The notes: generated by a model from the sequence alone, not told the origin. Positions 28,864 through 38,987 are shown, counted from the first letter of the stretch. The stretch is 64,000 nucleotides of DNA from Hyalangium minutum (GCF_000737315.1 NZ_JMCB01000023.1:124001-188000); one strand, 5' to 3'. Program-made: numbers and translations.

Positions 28864-29716
28864 GATCTCGAAGTGGCAGCAGTTCCAGGACAGCTGGGAT
28901 CTGTTCCGCGATCCCATCCTCTGCGCCCTGATCGCCGGAGGCGTGCTCGGCTTCCTGAGCGTCTACGTGGTGCTGCGGCGCATGGTGTTCGTCAGCGCCG
29001 CCGTCACCCACGCGGCCGGTCTGGGCGTGGCCCTGGCGTTCTTCGCGCAGATCCACCTGGGCATGCACGTGGACCCCATGGTGGGCGCCACCGCCCTGTC
29101 CGTTCTGGCCACGCTGCTGCTGATGCTGGATCCCGCCCGGCTCAAGCTCACCCGCGAGAGCATGCTCGGCCTGGCCTTCGCGTTCGCCGGAGGCGCGGCC
29201 GTGCTGGTGGGCGACCGCATCGCCCAGGAGGCCCATGACATCCAGGGCATCCTCTTCGGCACCGCGGTGCTCGTGACGCCAGAGAACTTCTACACCGTGG
29301 CGGGCGTGGGCGGCGCCATCCTCGTCCTCCAGTTGTGGTGGTACCGGGGCTTCACCTTCGTCAGCTTCGACCGGGTGGGCGCCACCGTGCAGGGGCTCCC
29401 CGTGCGCATCCTGGACGCGACGTTGATGATGTCCATTGGCGTCATGGTGGGCGTGTCGGCGCGGGCCCTGGGCTCGCTGCCCGTGTTCGCCTTCTCCACC
29501 CTGTCGGCCATCGCCGCGCTGGTGCTGGACTTCCGGCTCCGGTGGACGTTCCTGCTGGCCACCCTCTTCGGGTGCATCTCGGGCTTCGGCGGCTACCTGT
29601 TCGCCTTCTTCTATGACTACCCGGTCGGCGGCTCGCAGACGGTGGCCGCGAGCCTGCTCGTGGCGATCGCCGCGCTCATCCGTGGCTTCTTGGATCTGCT
29701 CGATCCCACACGCTGA
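28844..29716 (+). CDS. Metal ABC transporter permease (ZnuB-like)
   Basis: VVLRRMVFVSAAVTHAA, ILFG, SFD...A..G; multiple TM helices. Confidence 0.92.
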   Translation: MDTAITEISKWQQFQDSWDLFRDPILCALIAGGVLGFLSVYVVLRRMVFVSAAVTHAAGLGVALAFFAQIHLGMHVDPMVGATALSVLATLLLMLDPARLKLTRESMLGLAFAFAGGAAVLVGDRIAQEAHDIQGILFGTAVLVTPENFYTVAGVGGAILVLQLWWYRGFTFVSFDRVGATVQGLPVRILDATLMMSIGVMVGVSARALGSLPVFAFSTLSAIAALVLDFRLRWTFLLATLFGCISGFGGYLFAFFYDYPVGGSQTVAASLLVAIAALIRGFLDLLDPTR

Positions 29717-29817
29717 GTGAGCCCCGGCGTGCTCCGCAGCGGGGCACGCCGGTTCAGCCGATATGAGGGCGCGCGTGGTGCGTTGTGGGAGTGTTGCCCC
29801 ACCGCTCCGGAGCATCC

Positions 29818-31302
29818 ATGGCCTCGCGCGTCCTCCTGTCCTCCTGCCTCGCCGTCTGGGTGGCCGGCTGTGCCTCCCAGAGCCCCCGGCCCACCGTCGC
29901 CGAGCCGTCCACCCCACGCTACGAGCACGTCTACCTGAAGCCGCTCGAGGAGGCCCTGGCGGAGACGCGCAAGCTGCTGGCCGAGAAGGGCTACGGCTTC
30001 GAGCCCACCGAGGACGAGACAGTGCTGCTCACCACCTGGCAGCAGCCGCAGCGTCCAGAAGAGCAGTGGGGCAACCAGAGCCAGTACCGCTACCTGGTGT
30101 CCGGGCTGCGCGTGGGGCCCCGGCAGTCCGTGGTCCGCATCTACCGGATGTGGCGCACGGTGATCAGCAACAACAGCGAGCAGCGGCCCAACCTCTACAA
30201 GTTCATGCAGTACGAGTTCGCCGAGCTCGAGGCGAAGGATCACACCTCGCTCGAGAAGAAGAACCAGGACCGCGAGACGACCACCGGCCTGCGAGACATG
30301 CCGCTGGAGAAGGAGCTCACCACGCGGCTGGAGTCGGGCGCCGGCATCGAGGTGGTGGCCCGCAACGTGACGCCCGAGCCGGACCGTCCCCAGCTGCGCG
30401 AGCCCGAGTTCTACCTGGAGCGCTGGAAGCAGGAGGGCACCGCGCAGCCCCAGGTGGTGCAGCCCTGCCCCCAGGAAGTCCGAGGGCTGACCGCCCTGCT
30501 CAAGCCCGGCCAGGCACTGCTCATCGGCGAGCAGCTCGGCACGCGTGAGGCTCCCGCAGTCGTGGGGGACATGGTGTGCCAGGCCTCGGCGGCGGGGCTC
30601 TCCGTGGTGCTGGGCCTGTCCATCCCCCGCACGGAGCAAGAGCGCCTCAACCGCTACCTGGCCAGCCCGGGTGCGCCCTCGGACCAGGACGAGCTGCTGC
30701 GCGGCCTGTTCTGGCGCCGGCCCTACCAGGATGGCCGCAGCAGCCGCGCCATCATGGATCTGATCGACCGCGTCCGCTCGCTGCGCAACTACGGCCTGTT
30801 CATCACCCTGGTGGCCTATGACACGGAGGAGGCCATCGGAACTCAGCGCGACGCGCTCCTGGCCAAGGTCTGGCAGGATCGCCGCAAGGCCCACCCGGAT
30901 GAGCTCTTCGTCATCCTCGCGGGCAACACACACACACGCACGGTGCAGGGCACGCAGTGGGATCCAGACTTCGTTCCCATGGCGAAGCGGCTGGTGGGCA
31001 CCGATTCCTCGCTGATGGCGCTCGACCTCAGCTACGCCCAGGGCAAGCGCTGGGGGTGTGATCTGAACCGGGATGCGAAGCTGGTGTGCACTGTCGTCGG
31101 CGCCACCCCGAGCGAGCGGGTGGCCGCGGCTCCGGGGCAGACGCCGTACGTCAGGATGTTCAACGAGCGCTCCCTGGAGGGCTACCACGGCCTGCTCTAC
31201 GTAGGCGCCCTGTCGCCCTCACTGCCCGCCACCTCGCTGGAGGGCCATGAGCCGCCGCCCAGCTCGGGAGCCCCAAGGCCCCCGGAGCGCATGAGCCGCT
31301 GA
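29818..31302 (+). CDS. Two-domain lipoprotein with C-terminal ChaN/Tiki/erythromycin-esterase-like domain
   Basis: Lipobox VAGC; LIGEQLGTREAP, DGRSS, LVAYD, LAGNTH. Confidence 0.6.
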   Translation: MASRVLLSSCLAVWVAGCASQSPRPTVAEPSTPRYEHVYLKPLEEALAETRKLLAEKGYGFEPTEDETVLLTTWQQPQRPEEQWGNQSQYRYLVSGLRVGPRQSVVRIYRMWRTVISNNSEQRPNLYKFMQYEFAELEAKDHTSLEKKNQDRETTTGLRDMPLEKELTTRLESGAGIEVVARNVTPEPDRPQLREPEFYLERWKQEGTAQPQVVQPCPQEVRGLTALLKPGQALLIGEQLGTREAPAVVGDMVCQASAAGLSVVLGLSIPRTEQERLNRYLASPGAPSDQDELLRGLFWRRPYQDGRSSRAIMDLIDRVRSLRNYGLFITLVAYDTEEAIGTQRDALLAKVWQDRRKAHPDELFVILAGNTHTRTVQGTQWDPDFVPMAKRLVGTDSSLMALDLSYAQGKRWGCDLNRDAKLVCTVVGATPSERVAAAPGQTPYVRMFNERSLEGYHGLLYVGALSPSLPATSLEGHEPPPSSGAPRPPERMSR

Positions 31303-31314
31303 GCCGGCCGCGGC

Positions 31315-31863
31315 CTACTTCACCGCGGCGGAGATGAGCTTGAACTCCGGGGAGCCCGCGCGCCCGAGCATGTCGAAGAGCGCGGACTCCACCGTGGTCA
31401 CCCGGGCGCCCACCTCCTTGCACAGCTCGAAGCCCACGCGCCGATCCTCGGCCGAGCGGGACAGCACGGCGTCCGCCAGGAGGAAGACTTCGAAGCCCTT
31501 CTCCAAGAGATCCCTCGCCGTCTGGAAGACGCAGATGTGCGTCTCCATCCCCGCGAGCAGGACCTGCTTGCGGCCCTTCAGCGACGTGAGCACGTCCGCC
31601 GTGGCGGCGCTGAACTCCAGCTTCTCCACCGCCTTGAACTCCCCGAGATGCTCGCACAGCTGATGGTGCGTGGGCCCGAGCCCCTTCGGGTACTGCTCGG
31701 TGACGAGGATGGGAAGATGGAGCGCCTTGGCGCCCTCGATGGCGGCACCGGCGCGCTTGAGCACGCGCTCCAAGGGCTCCTTCTCCATCGCCGCGCACAG
31801 GCGCTCCTGGATGTCCACGACGAGCAGCGCGGCGTTGCCGGAGTGAATACGGAAGGGGGACAT
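31315..31863 (-). CDS. Isochorismatase-family hydrolase
   Basis: LLVVDIQERL, TEQYPKGLG, EKLEFS, GMETHICVFQT. Confidence 0.93.
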   Translation of the reverse strand: MSPFRIHSGNAALLVVDIQERLCAAMEKEPLERVLKRAGAAIEGAKALHLPILVTEQYPKGLGPTHHQLCEHLGEFKAVEKLEFSAATADVLTSLKGRKQVLLAGMETHICVFQTARDLLEKGFEVFLLADAVLSRSAEDRRVGFELCKEVGARVTTVESALFDMLGRAGSPEFKLISAAVK

Positions 31864-31955
31864 GAGCTCCTCGGGGGATGAAGGTTCGAGGCTCACGCAT
31901 TCCCGAACCCACCTCCACCGTCAAGAGGATGTCCCGATCTCCCTGCGGGCAGTGC

Positions 31956-33677
31956 TCACCCCAGAACCTTCGCGCGGGCCCGGACGATCTTGAGCGGCGG
32001 AACCTTCGACGCCTCGCCGCCCACGACGCGCAGGTAGCGCCCACGCCCCGCCATGAACGCCTGGGCACGCTGCAGCTCCGGCAGGTGCGGATCCGCCTGA
32101 CGCCAGCGCTCGAGGAAGGAGGCGAAGTCCAGCACCGCCTCCGGGAAGCTCCCCTGCGCCACCCGGGTCTCCGCGACGAGGAAGCGCGCGTGGCCGCTTC
32201 CCGGCCGCTCCGCCGCGAGCTCTAGCGCCAACTCGAGCGCCTTCTCAACCCTCCCGAAGCGGAGGCGCGCGCGGGCCAGCGACTCTCGCGCGGGCCGGGA
32301 GAACGGAGCGGGCCCCGCAGTGCGCAGGCGGCGCTCCAGTCGGACGGCGCGGATGAAGGTGGCCTCCGCGCGGGCGGCGTCTCCGCGGCGGGCCTCCAGC
32401 GAGCCTCGCAGCTCATCGGCCGCGACCTCCACGACACGGGCCACATCACGCGGGCAGAGGGCCTGTCCCTCGGCGCGGCGCCCCTCGGCCAGCATCTGCT
32501 GCAGGGCTTCGAGCGACGCACACGCCTTTTCCACCTCCCCTATCCTGCCCGCCTCCAGGGCCGCCAGGGCCCGGGTGTAGCAGCGAAGGCCCTCGAGCAA
32601 GCCTCTCTCCGCGGCAGGGGCCTCCGCGTCCAGTTCCACGCGGACATCCGCCGCGGCGCGCCCGAAGCCAAAGCGCAGATGCAGTCCGGCGAGGGCACAC
32701 GCCACGAGCACCACCGCTTGTCCCTGCCCTGCCGCCTCCACATGGGTCCGGAGGCGGCGGGCCCAGGCTTGCCCCTCGGTGTAGCGCCCCGCCTCGGCGC
32801 AGGTGCTGACGAGCAGCCGCATCGCCTCGGCGGCGGCCGGCGCGGCAGTCACGGGCAGCTTCTCCTGGGCCAGCCAGGCCTCATCGGCCTCGATCGCCCC
32901 CTGGAAGGCCTCGCGGGCCTGTTCCGTCAGCCCGATCCGCTGCAGCAGCCGCCCCGCCCCCAGCAGACACGGACTGGCCCTCGCCGCGAGCGACAGCAGC
33001 CAGAGCGCGCTGTCCTTGGCCGCCTCGGGGCGCCCGCTGCCGAGCATCGCCGCCACCCAGGCGAAGTGGACGCCCTCGTGGTGCGGGTGCGTGCGCAGCA
33101 ACTCTCGCAGGAGCGCCTGCGCGTACGGCTGGCCCGAGCCGGGGCGCCCATCAGGCTCGTACCCGTCCATCAGGAAGCCGGCGAGCAGCAGCCGCGCCTC
33201 GGCATCCTCCGGGTGCCGGTCGATGTGGTGCTCCATCTCCCGGATGAACGCCTGCCGCCCATTGGCGGGCCCCTTGTCGGCCAGGAGGCTCGCCGCGACG
33301 ATGTAGCGCTGCTCCCGGTCCGTCACGCCCTCGGCGAGCGCGAGTGCCTTGTGGATGGCCTGGGCGCGATCGGCGGAGAACCGGCCTCCGGCGCCGCGCG
33401 TGAGGGCCAGCCCCCACCACGCCATGGCGAGGGAGGGATCCTGCCGCGCGGCCTCGGCGAAGGCGCGGCGGGCCTCGGGGCCCCACCCCAGGTGCAGCAG
33501 GTTCAGCCCCTGATCAAAGTAGGCCTGCGCGAGCGGCACGTGCGTGCTCACCCGCAGGTGAGCGTGTCCCAGCCCCTCGCGCAGCGGCGGCGTGGGCAGC
33601 TCGGCATCCGGGACGTCATCCCAAGGCCCACGGGTGAAGAGGGAGGGTTCTTCGGCTCGCAGCAGTCGCGCCAGCAT
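31956..33677 (-). CDS. TPR-repeat protein
   Basis: GHAHLRVST..AQAYFDQGL...DPSLAMAWWGLAL; helical repeats throughout. Confidence 0.82.
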   Translation of the reverse strand: MLARLLRAEEPSLFTRGPWDDVPDAELPTPPLREGLGHAHLRVSTHVPLAQAYFDQGLNLLHLGWGPEARRAFAEAARQDPSLAMAWWGLALTRGAGGRFSADRAQAIHKALALAEGVTDREQRYIVAASLLADKGPANGRQAFIREMEHHIDRHPEDAEARLLLAGFLMDGYEPDGRPGSGQPYAQALLRELLRTHPHHEGVHFAWVAAMLGSGRPEAAKDSALWLLSLAARASPCLLGAGRLLQRIGLTEQAREAFQGAIEADEAWLAQEKLPVTAAPAAAEAMRLLVSTCAEAGRYTEGQAWARRLRTHVEAAGQGQAVVLVACALAGLHLRFGFGRAAADVRVELDAEAPAAERGLLEGLRCYTRALAALEAGRIGEVEKACASLEALQQMLAEGRRAEGQALCPRDVARVVEVAADELRGSLEARRGDAARAEATFIRAVRLERRLRTAGPAPFSRPARESLARARLRFGRVEKALELALELAAERPGSGHARFLVAETRVAQGSFPEAVLDFASFLERWRQADPHLPELQRAQAFMAGRGRYLRVVGGEASKVPPLKIVRARAKVLG

Positions 33678-33794
33678 GGGCACCTCACAAGCTCGGGCCC
33701 CAGGGGGCCTCAAATGGTTCACTCCGGTTGCTGCGCGGGCGCGTGCCGTGCTCCCTCACGCGCCCGCTCGTGACTCCGCGGGTGTCGAGCGGGC

Positions 33795-34274
33795 TCAGTG
33801 CTCGTGATCGGTCCCGGACTCCTCGATGACGAGCGAGACGGTCGTCGCCGTGGTGGGACCGAACGTGAGCGTGTACGTGCCCACATTCAGCGGGAACGTG
33901 TGGCGGCCCTTGATCTCCGTGCACTCGGAGGAGCTCTTCACGCTCTCCTCTGCCGCGACGGTCTGGCCGTTTCCGTCCTTCACCGTCACCGGCACGTCCG
34001 CGCTGGTGAAGAGGATGTAGTCGACAGCCTCGGAAGCGGCGAAGGAGACAGAGCCGCCCTTGCCGCCGGTGACGTCGGCCAGGGTGATGTCGTAGCGGCG
34101 GTGATCATTGCTCACGGCGGGCGCGGCCGTGCCGGAAGCGGAGGCGTTGATGGAGGAGGCCGGGCCTGCCTGGAGGTGCTCGCACCCCTCGGTGTCGGCG
34201 GTCTCCTCGTCGCCTCCACACCCGAAGACCAAGGAGGTGGACAGCAGAACAGCGGAAAAGAGCTTCAGCTTCAT
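33795..34274 (-). CDS. Putative metal-binding lipoprotein
   Basis: Lipobox VFGC; GCEHL, HRRYD, CTEIKGRH, terminal DHEH. Confidence 0.8.
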   Translation of the reverse strand: MKLKLFSAVLLSTSLVFGCGGDEETADTEGCEHLQAGPASSINASASGTAAPAVSNDHRRYDITLADVTGGKGGSVSFAASEAVDYILFTSADVPVTVKDGNGQTVAAEESVKSSSECTEIKGRHTFPLNVGTYTLTFGPTTATTVSLVIEESGTDHEH

Positions 34275-34513
34275 GGTTTTGACTCCACAAGGTGGAAAGG
34301 TGGGAACTTCGGTACGGCATCAGCGCGGGCTGTGCACCGGGCTCCCCGCTGGGGGAACACGGCGCACGGCACGCGAAGTTGGGCATAGAGGAGGAATGGG
34401 CCTCTCGCGCGAGGCAACAGCCCACGCGCGCGGGAGCCAGGCGTCAGCCAGGGGTGACACACGGGCCGCGACTCACGGGCACAGGCAGCCAGCGGACGTG
34501 CGCGGGCGTTCAG

Positions 34514-34552
34514 CCGCCATCACCCGCACGGCACACGGGTGCCGTACGGCGG
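34514..34552 (-). promoter_or_regulatory. Hairpin immediately downstream of second leader ORF
   Basis: Minus strand GTACGGCAC-CCGT-GTGCCGTGC 9-bp stem inside outer CCGCC/GGCGG, 16 nt after the stop. Confidence 0.5.
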
Positions 34553-34568
34553 ACGCGCTCCGAGAGAC

Positions 34569-35009
34569 TCAGGACAGTGGAGGAGACGATTTGGGCGCCA
34601 GCCGCAGCCGCGCCACGGGCTCTGGGAGGAGCAGATCCTGCGCGGGCCCCCGGCCGGACTCGGCTTGGAGAGCCAGCGCGGCGAGCCACCACGCCGCGGG
34701 AAGCAGCGACTCACGGCGCAGCGAGGCGTGCGAGCAGTGCGCCTCGGCACCGTGGCCGATCCGGGCTCGCAGACGCGCGCTGGTGATGCGCTCGTCCGTG
34801 AAGGAGGCCTCGGATCGCTGAGACGGCTCGGATCCTCCGTCCTCTTCGAGGTGGAGGATCTCGCCGTGCTCCAGGCAGGTGGAGTGCTGGACGAGGGCGA
34901 AGTGCGCCGCGCTGCCCAGGTAGACCACCGCGCACAGAGCCACGAGCGGCAGCGCCAGGAGGCGCGGCCGGGGGGCACTGCGTTGCGAGCGGTAGGAGGA
35001 GCGGCTCAC
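34569..35009 (-). CDS. Second His/Cys-rich leader ORF ending APKSSPP
   Basis: TM helix, HxxxxxHxxCxEH, HxxEAHC, APKSSPPLS; GTG start. Confidence 0.72.
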   Translation of the reverse strand: MSRSSYRSQRSAPRPRLLALPLVALCAVVYLGSAAHFALVQHSTCLEHGEILHLEEDGGSEPSQRSEASFTDERITSARLRARIGHGAEAHCSHASLRRESLLPAAWWLAALALQAESGRGPAQDLLLPEPVARLRLAPKSSPPLS

Positions 35010-35027
35010 GTCCACGAAGTCCAGATG

Positions 35028-35046
35028 AACAACAGTTGCGTTTGTT
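35028..35046. promoter_or_regulatory. AT-rich palindrome (CAAC-A-GTTG; AACAA-N9-TTGTT), possible Fur-family box
   Basis: AT-rich island about 20 bp upstream of the second leader start. Confidence 0.35.
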
Positions 35047-35091
35047 TGTAGGCCAAGAGGCCCCGCCGCGCAAGCAGGGGAAACCTCCGCG

Positions 35092-36744
35092 CTACACGGC
35101 GTACCCCATCGCACCCGCCTTCATGGGCGCCTCGGGATCGAGCATGACGTTCACGCAGGCCACCGTGCCGCTGGCCACGGCGCGCTCCAGTGCGGGGCGG
35201 ATCTGCGAGGGCTCGGTGACGTGCTCGCCGTGGCCGCCGAGCGCCTCCACCACCTTGTCGTAGCGAGTGGGTGCCAGCAGCGTGGCGGGAGACTTGTCCT
35301 CGCCGAACATGCCCACCTGCGGCAGGCGGATCTGCCCCCAGGCCGCGTCATTGCCCACCACGCAGACCATGGGCAGCTTGAAGCGCACAGCCGTCTCGAA
35401 GTCCATGCCGTTGAGGCCGAACGAGCCATCGCCCTGGATGATCCAGTGGGTGCGCTCGGGGTGCAGCACCTTGGAGGCAATGGCGAACGGCGCGCCCACG
35501 CCCAGACACCCGAGCGGCCCGGGATCCAGCCAGCGGCCCGGCTTGCGCAGCTCGATGACCTTGGCGGCCATGGCCACCCAGTTGCCACCGTCCGCGATGA
35601 ACACCGGATCCTGGCCCGCCGCGTTCGCCACGTCGGACATCTCCTTGGCGAGCCGGTAGTGGTGGATGGGGACGCTGTCGTCCTGGGTCCACTGCTCCAG
35701 GTCCTTCAGCCGCTTGTCCTCCTTGGCGCGCAAGCCGGAGATGAACGTGTCGCGCTTCACGCGGGGCGCCGCGGCCGCGAAGGCCTCGAGCGCGCTGAAG
35801 CTGTCGGCGATGATGCCCACCTCCACCGCGCGGTTGCGGCCGATCTCCACGGGATCAATGTCCACCTGGACGATCTTCGTCTCCGAGCTGAAGGTGGGCT
35901 CGGAGCCGTAGTTGAGGCGGAAGTCGAACGGCGTGCCGATGACGAACACCACGTCCGCGCCGGTGAGGGCCTCCTTGCGCGTGTGCTGGAAGAAGAGCGG
36001 GTGGCCGGCGGGGAGGCAGCCTCGGCCCGCGCCATTGAGGAACACGGGCACCTGCGCCGTCTCGCAGAAGCGGCGCAGCGCATCCCAGGCCCCGTCCCAA
36101 TAAATGGAGGAGCCGGCGATAACGGCGGGGCGCTCGGCGGCCTGGAGCAGCGCCATGGCGGCGTCCACCTTGCGCGGATCCGGCGGCTGGCGCGCATCCG
36201 TGCGGTACTGGCGCGGCATGTTCAGCGTCTCCTCGTCCGCGCCGTTGGAGAGCACGTCCCACGCCAGCTCGAGGAAGACGGGCCCGGGGCGGCCCGTGGC
36301 CGCCACGCGAAACGCCTTGGCCATGTACGAAGGCACCAGCTCCGGCGTGGGGACGCGATCCGACCACTTGGAGATGCGATGAAACAGATCCACCTGCTCC
36401 ATCTCCTGCAGCGAGCCACGGCTCTGGTTGAAGATGGGGGCCGCGCCGCCCAGGAGGATCATTGGCGAGCTGGCCGCGTAGGCGTTAGCCACGCCCGTGA
36501 GCGCGTCCGTCACGCCCGGCCCCGCCGTCACCACCGCCACCCCCACCCCGCGGGTCACCCGGGCGTACGCGTCCGCGGCGTGCGCGGCGGCCTGCTCGTG
36601 GCGCGTGTCGATGACGTGGATGCCCTCCTCCACGCACCCGGCGTAGATGGGGGCCACGTGCAGGCCCGACAGTGTGAAGATGTGCCGGACCCCCTCCTTC
36701 TTCAGCATCCGTGCAACGAGCTGCCCTCCAGTCAGCGAAGCCAT
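35092..36744 (-). CDS. ThDP-dependent enzyme (acetolactate synthase-like / 2-hydroxyacyl-CoA lyase-like)
   Basis: DTRHEQAAAHAADAYAR, TAGPG, GDGSFGLNG...VGND. Confidence 0.9.
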   Translation of the reverse strand: MASLTGGQLVARMLKKEGVRHIFTLSGLHVAPIYAGCVEEGIHVIDTRHEQAAAHAADAYARVTRGVGVAVVTAGPGVTDALTGVANAYAASSPMILLGGAAPIFNQSRGSLQEMEQVDLFHRISKWSDRVPTPELVPSYMAKAFRVAATGRPGPVFLELAWDVLSNGADEETLNMPRQYRTDARQPPDPRKVDAAMALLQAAERPAVIAGSSIYWDGAWDALRRFCETAQVPVFLNGAGRGCLPAGHPLFFQHTRKEALTGADVVFVIGTPFDFRLNYGSEPTFSSETKIVQVDIDPVEIGRNRAVEVGIIADSFSALEAFAAAAPRVKRDTFISGLRAKEDKRLKDLEQWTQDDSVPIHHYRLAKEMSDVANAAGQDPVFIADGGNWVAMAAKVIELRKPGRWLDPGPLGCLGVGAPFAIASKVLHPERTHWIIQGDGSFGLNGMDFETAVRFKLPMVCVVGNDAAWGQIRLPQVGMFGEDKSPATLLAPTRYDKVVEALGGHGEHVTEPSQIRPALERAVASGTVACVNVMLDPEAPMKAGAMGYAV

Positions 36745-36757
36745 GCCGTGTCTCCTC

Positions 36758-37351
36758 TCAGACTGCTTTCAGCGCCCGCTCGACGAACATCAGCCGATCA
36801 TTGCCGAAGAACATGCGCTCTCCCACGAAGAAGGTGGGAGCCCCGAAGGCCCCCCGGGCGACAGCCTCGTCCGTGTTGCGGCGCAGCGCGTCTTTGATCT
36901 CCTGGTTCTCCAGCCGCGCCAGCGCCTTCTCCGGATCCATGCCCACCTCGCGGACAAGCCCCGTGAGCACCTCCAGGTTGTTCAAGTCCCGGCCGTGAAC
37001 GAAGGCCGCGCGGAACACCGCAAGAGAGAACGGGACGATGAGGCCCTGCTCCGCCGCCACCAGCCCGAGCCGGTTGGCCTTGAGCGAGTTGATGGGGAAC
37101 TCGTCCGGCAGCCGGAACTTCGGCAGGCCCAGGTAGCCGGCCCAATCATCGAGATCCATGGCCAGATACACCCCCTTGCTCGGGGTGGTGATGGGTGGCA
37201 CGTTCCCCGTGGCCTTGAAGACGGCCCCTAGTAGAAAGGGGCGCCAGCGGACCTCCACTCCGGTACGTTGCACGATGGCTTCCAGCTGCTCCGAAGCCAG
37301 GTAGGAATAAGGGCTGGCATAGTCGAAAAAGAACTCGAGTGTCTTGGCCAT
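36758..37351 (-). CDS. 2-hydroxychromene-2-carboxylate isomerase / GST-kappa (DsbA-like)
   Basis: EFFFDYASPYSY, WRPFLLG, GAFGAPTFFV...FGNDRL. Confidence 0.92.
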   Translation of the reverse strand: MAKTLEFFFDYASPYSYLASEQLEAIVQRTGVEVRWRPFLLGAVFKATGNVPPITTPSKGVYLAMDLDDWAGYLGLPKFRLPDEFPINSLKANRLGLVAAEQGLIVPFSLAVFRAAFVHGRDLNNLEVLTGLVREVGMDPEKALARLENQEIKDALRRNTDEAVARGAFGAPTFFVGERMFFGNDRLMFVERALKAV

Positions 37352-37369
37352 GAAGAAGGGTTTACCCCC

Positions 37370-38842
37370 GTGAATGAACTTTTAGAAGTGCTGCGGTTCC
37401 AGGCCCCCAAGTTCGGCGCCGAGCTGGCCCAGACTGCCTACAAGCGAGGCCTGGCTGTGACGGCGAAAGACGGCACCACGCGTCCCATCCCCATCACCGG
37501 CACGGCCGTCATCTTGGACGCCGCGGAGATCCGCCGCCGCTCGGAGCTCGCCGCGAAGCTGTCCTCGGCCACGCTGAAGATGGCGGACGCGGTGCTCAAC
37601 GGCGGAACCCGGGACGTGCTGCTCGGGGCCCTGTCACCGCTGGAACGCTCCATTGCCGAGCGCACTTGGCAGCAGGTCTCCCGTTTGGCCACCACGCGCG
37701 TGGACTTCTTCGTGAACACGGCGAACCAGCCGCGCGCGCTGGAGATCAACACCACGATCCCGGCGATGCAGGGGTACTCGGACATCGCGGCCCGGACGTT
37801 CCTGGAGGTGGTGGCGCGTCACTTCGGCTATCCGGAGAAGGCCATCCACGCGCTGCTGACGCTCAACGGCAGCAACGCCCTGGCACTCTACCGCGCGCTG
37901 CTGGACGGGTACGCCATCGAGCGGAAGGGCCAGCAGCCCAACACGATCGCCCTGCTCTGCCGGCGCAACGACTCGCAGATCACGGAGCTGCGCTACCTGG
38001 CCGAGCGCTTCCGAGAGTTCGGCGCGGACGCGGACGTAGTCCACCCGGACGAAGTGTCGGGCGATGACGCCTTCATCGTGAACGGCAAGAAGTACGATCT
38101 GGTGTACCGGCACCTCTTCGTACGTCGGCTGGAGGAGACGCCCTCGCCGTGGGTGGAGGATTTCCTGGGGACGGTGCCCGGGAAGAAGGCCGTCTTCCTC
38201 AACCCGCCCACCTCGCAGATGGAGGTGAAGACGACGTTCGCGCTGCTCTCGCAGGCCCTGGCCGAGCCGGAGCTGGCCGAGGGCATAGGGCTGAGCGCCG
38301 ACGAGCTGGAGGCCATCCGGGCCTGCGTGCCGTGGACGCGGCGCTTCCGTCACGCGCCCACCCAGGGGCCGGGTGGAGAGAAGCTGGACGACATCGTGGC
38401 CGCCGTGGCCGCTGAGCCCCACCGCTACGTGCTCAAGCGCGCGTGGGACTACGGCGGGAAGGCCGTGTTCTTGGGACGCTCGGTAGGCACAGTGCCGTAC
38501 AACGAGCGTGCGCAGGCGCTCTACGGGGCGCCGCTGGGCTGGGCGGAGCTGTGCGAGCGCGCCGTCACGGACCCCACGGGTGGCGGCTACGTGGTGCAGG
38601 AGGTGGTGGAGACGCAGCCCGAGGACCACTTCGTGTGCACGGAGACAGGAGCACTGCCCTCGTCGTTCTACGTGGACTACTCGGCCTATGCCTCGGTGGG
38701 ACTGGCGAAGCAGCCCGCCTGGGGCGGCGTGTGCCGGGGCTCCATGGGGGAGATCGTCAACATCATGGGTGGCGGCGGAGTCATCCCCCTCATCACCACG
38801 GAGGTCGCCCACAAGCTGCTCATGGCGTGGAAGGCCATCTGA
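37370..38842 (+). CDS. Circularly permuted ATP-grasp amide ligase (glutathione synthetase / GspS superfamily)
   Basis: TRVDF, ALEINT, LVYRH, FLNPP, YVLKRAWDYGGKAV, YVVQE. Confidence 0.7.
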   Translation: MNELLEVLRFQAPKFGAELAQTAYKRGLAVTAKDGTTRPIPITGTAVILDAAEIRRRSELAAKLSSATLKMADAVLNGGTRDVLLGALSPLERSIAERTWQQVSRLATTRVDFFVNTANQPRALEINTTIPAMQGYSDIAARTFLEVVARHFGYPEKAIHALLTLNGSNALALYRALLDGYAIERKGQQPNTIALLCRRNDSQITELRYLAERFREFGADADVVHPDEVSGDDAFIVNGKKYDLVYRHLFVRRLEETPSPWVEDFLGTVPGKKAVFLNPPTSQMEVKTTFALLSQALAEPELAEGIGLSADELEAIRACVPWTRRFRHAPTQGPGGEKLDDIVAAVAAEPHRYVLKRAWDYGGKAVFLGRSVGTVPYNERAQALYGAPLGWAELCERAVTDPTGGGYVVQEVVETQPEDHFVCTETGALPSSFYVDYSAYASVGLAKQPAWGGVCRGSMGEIVNIMGGGGVIPLITTEVAHKLLMAWKAI

Positions 38843-38987
38843 ACCTGGGATTTCACGAGCAGCCAGACAGCCTCGGTCCTTTCCACTTTGGGCGGGCGGA
38901 GGGAGCACAGCACCCACCGCTTCGCGCTATATAAGGTAGGCGGATACCGCCGGGGTGCTCCCGGCGCAGGAAAGGACGAAGCAGACC

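Noticed and set aside
34275-34568. Small protein in the gap between second leader and lipoprotein
   Set aside because: Candidate short ORFs lack an RBS and coding-like composition; treated as structured UTR
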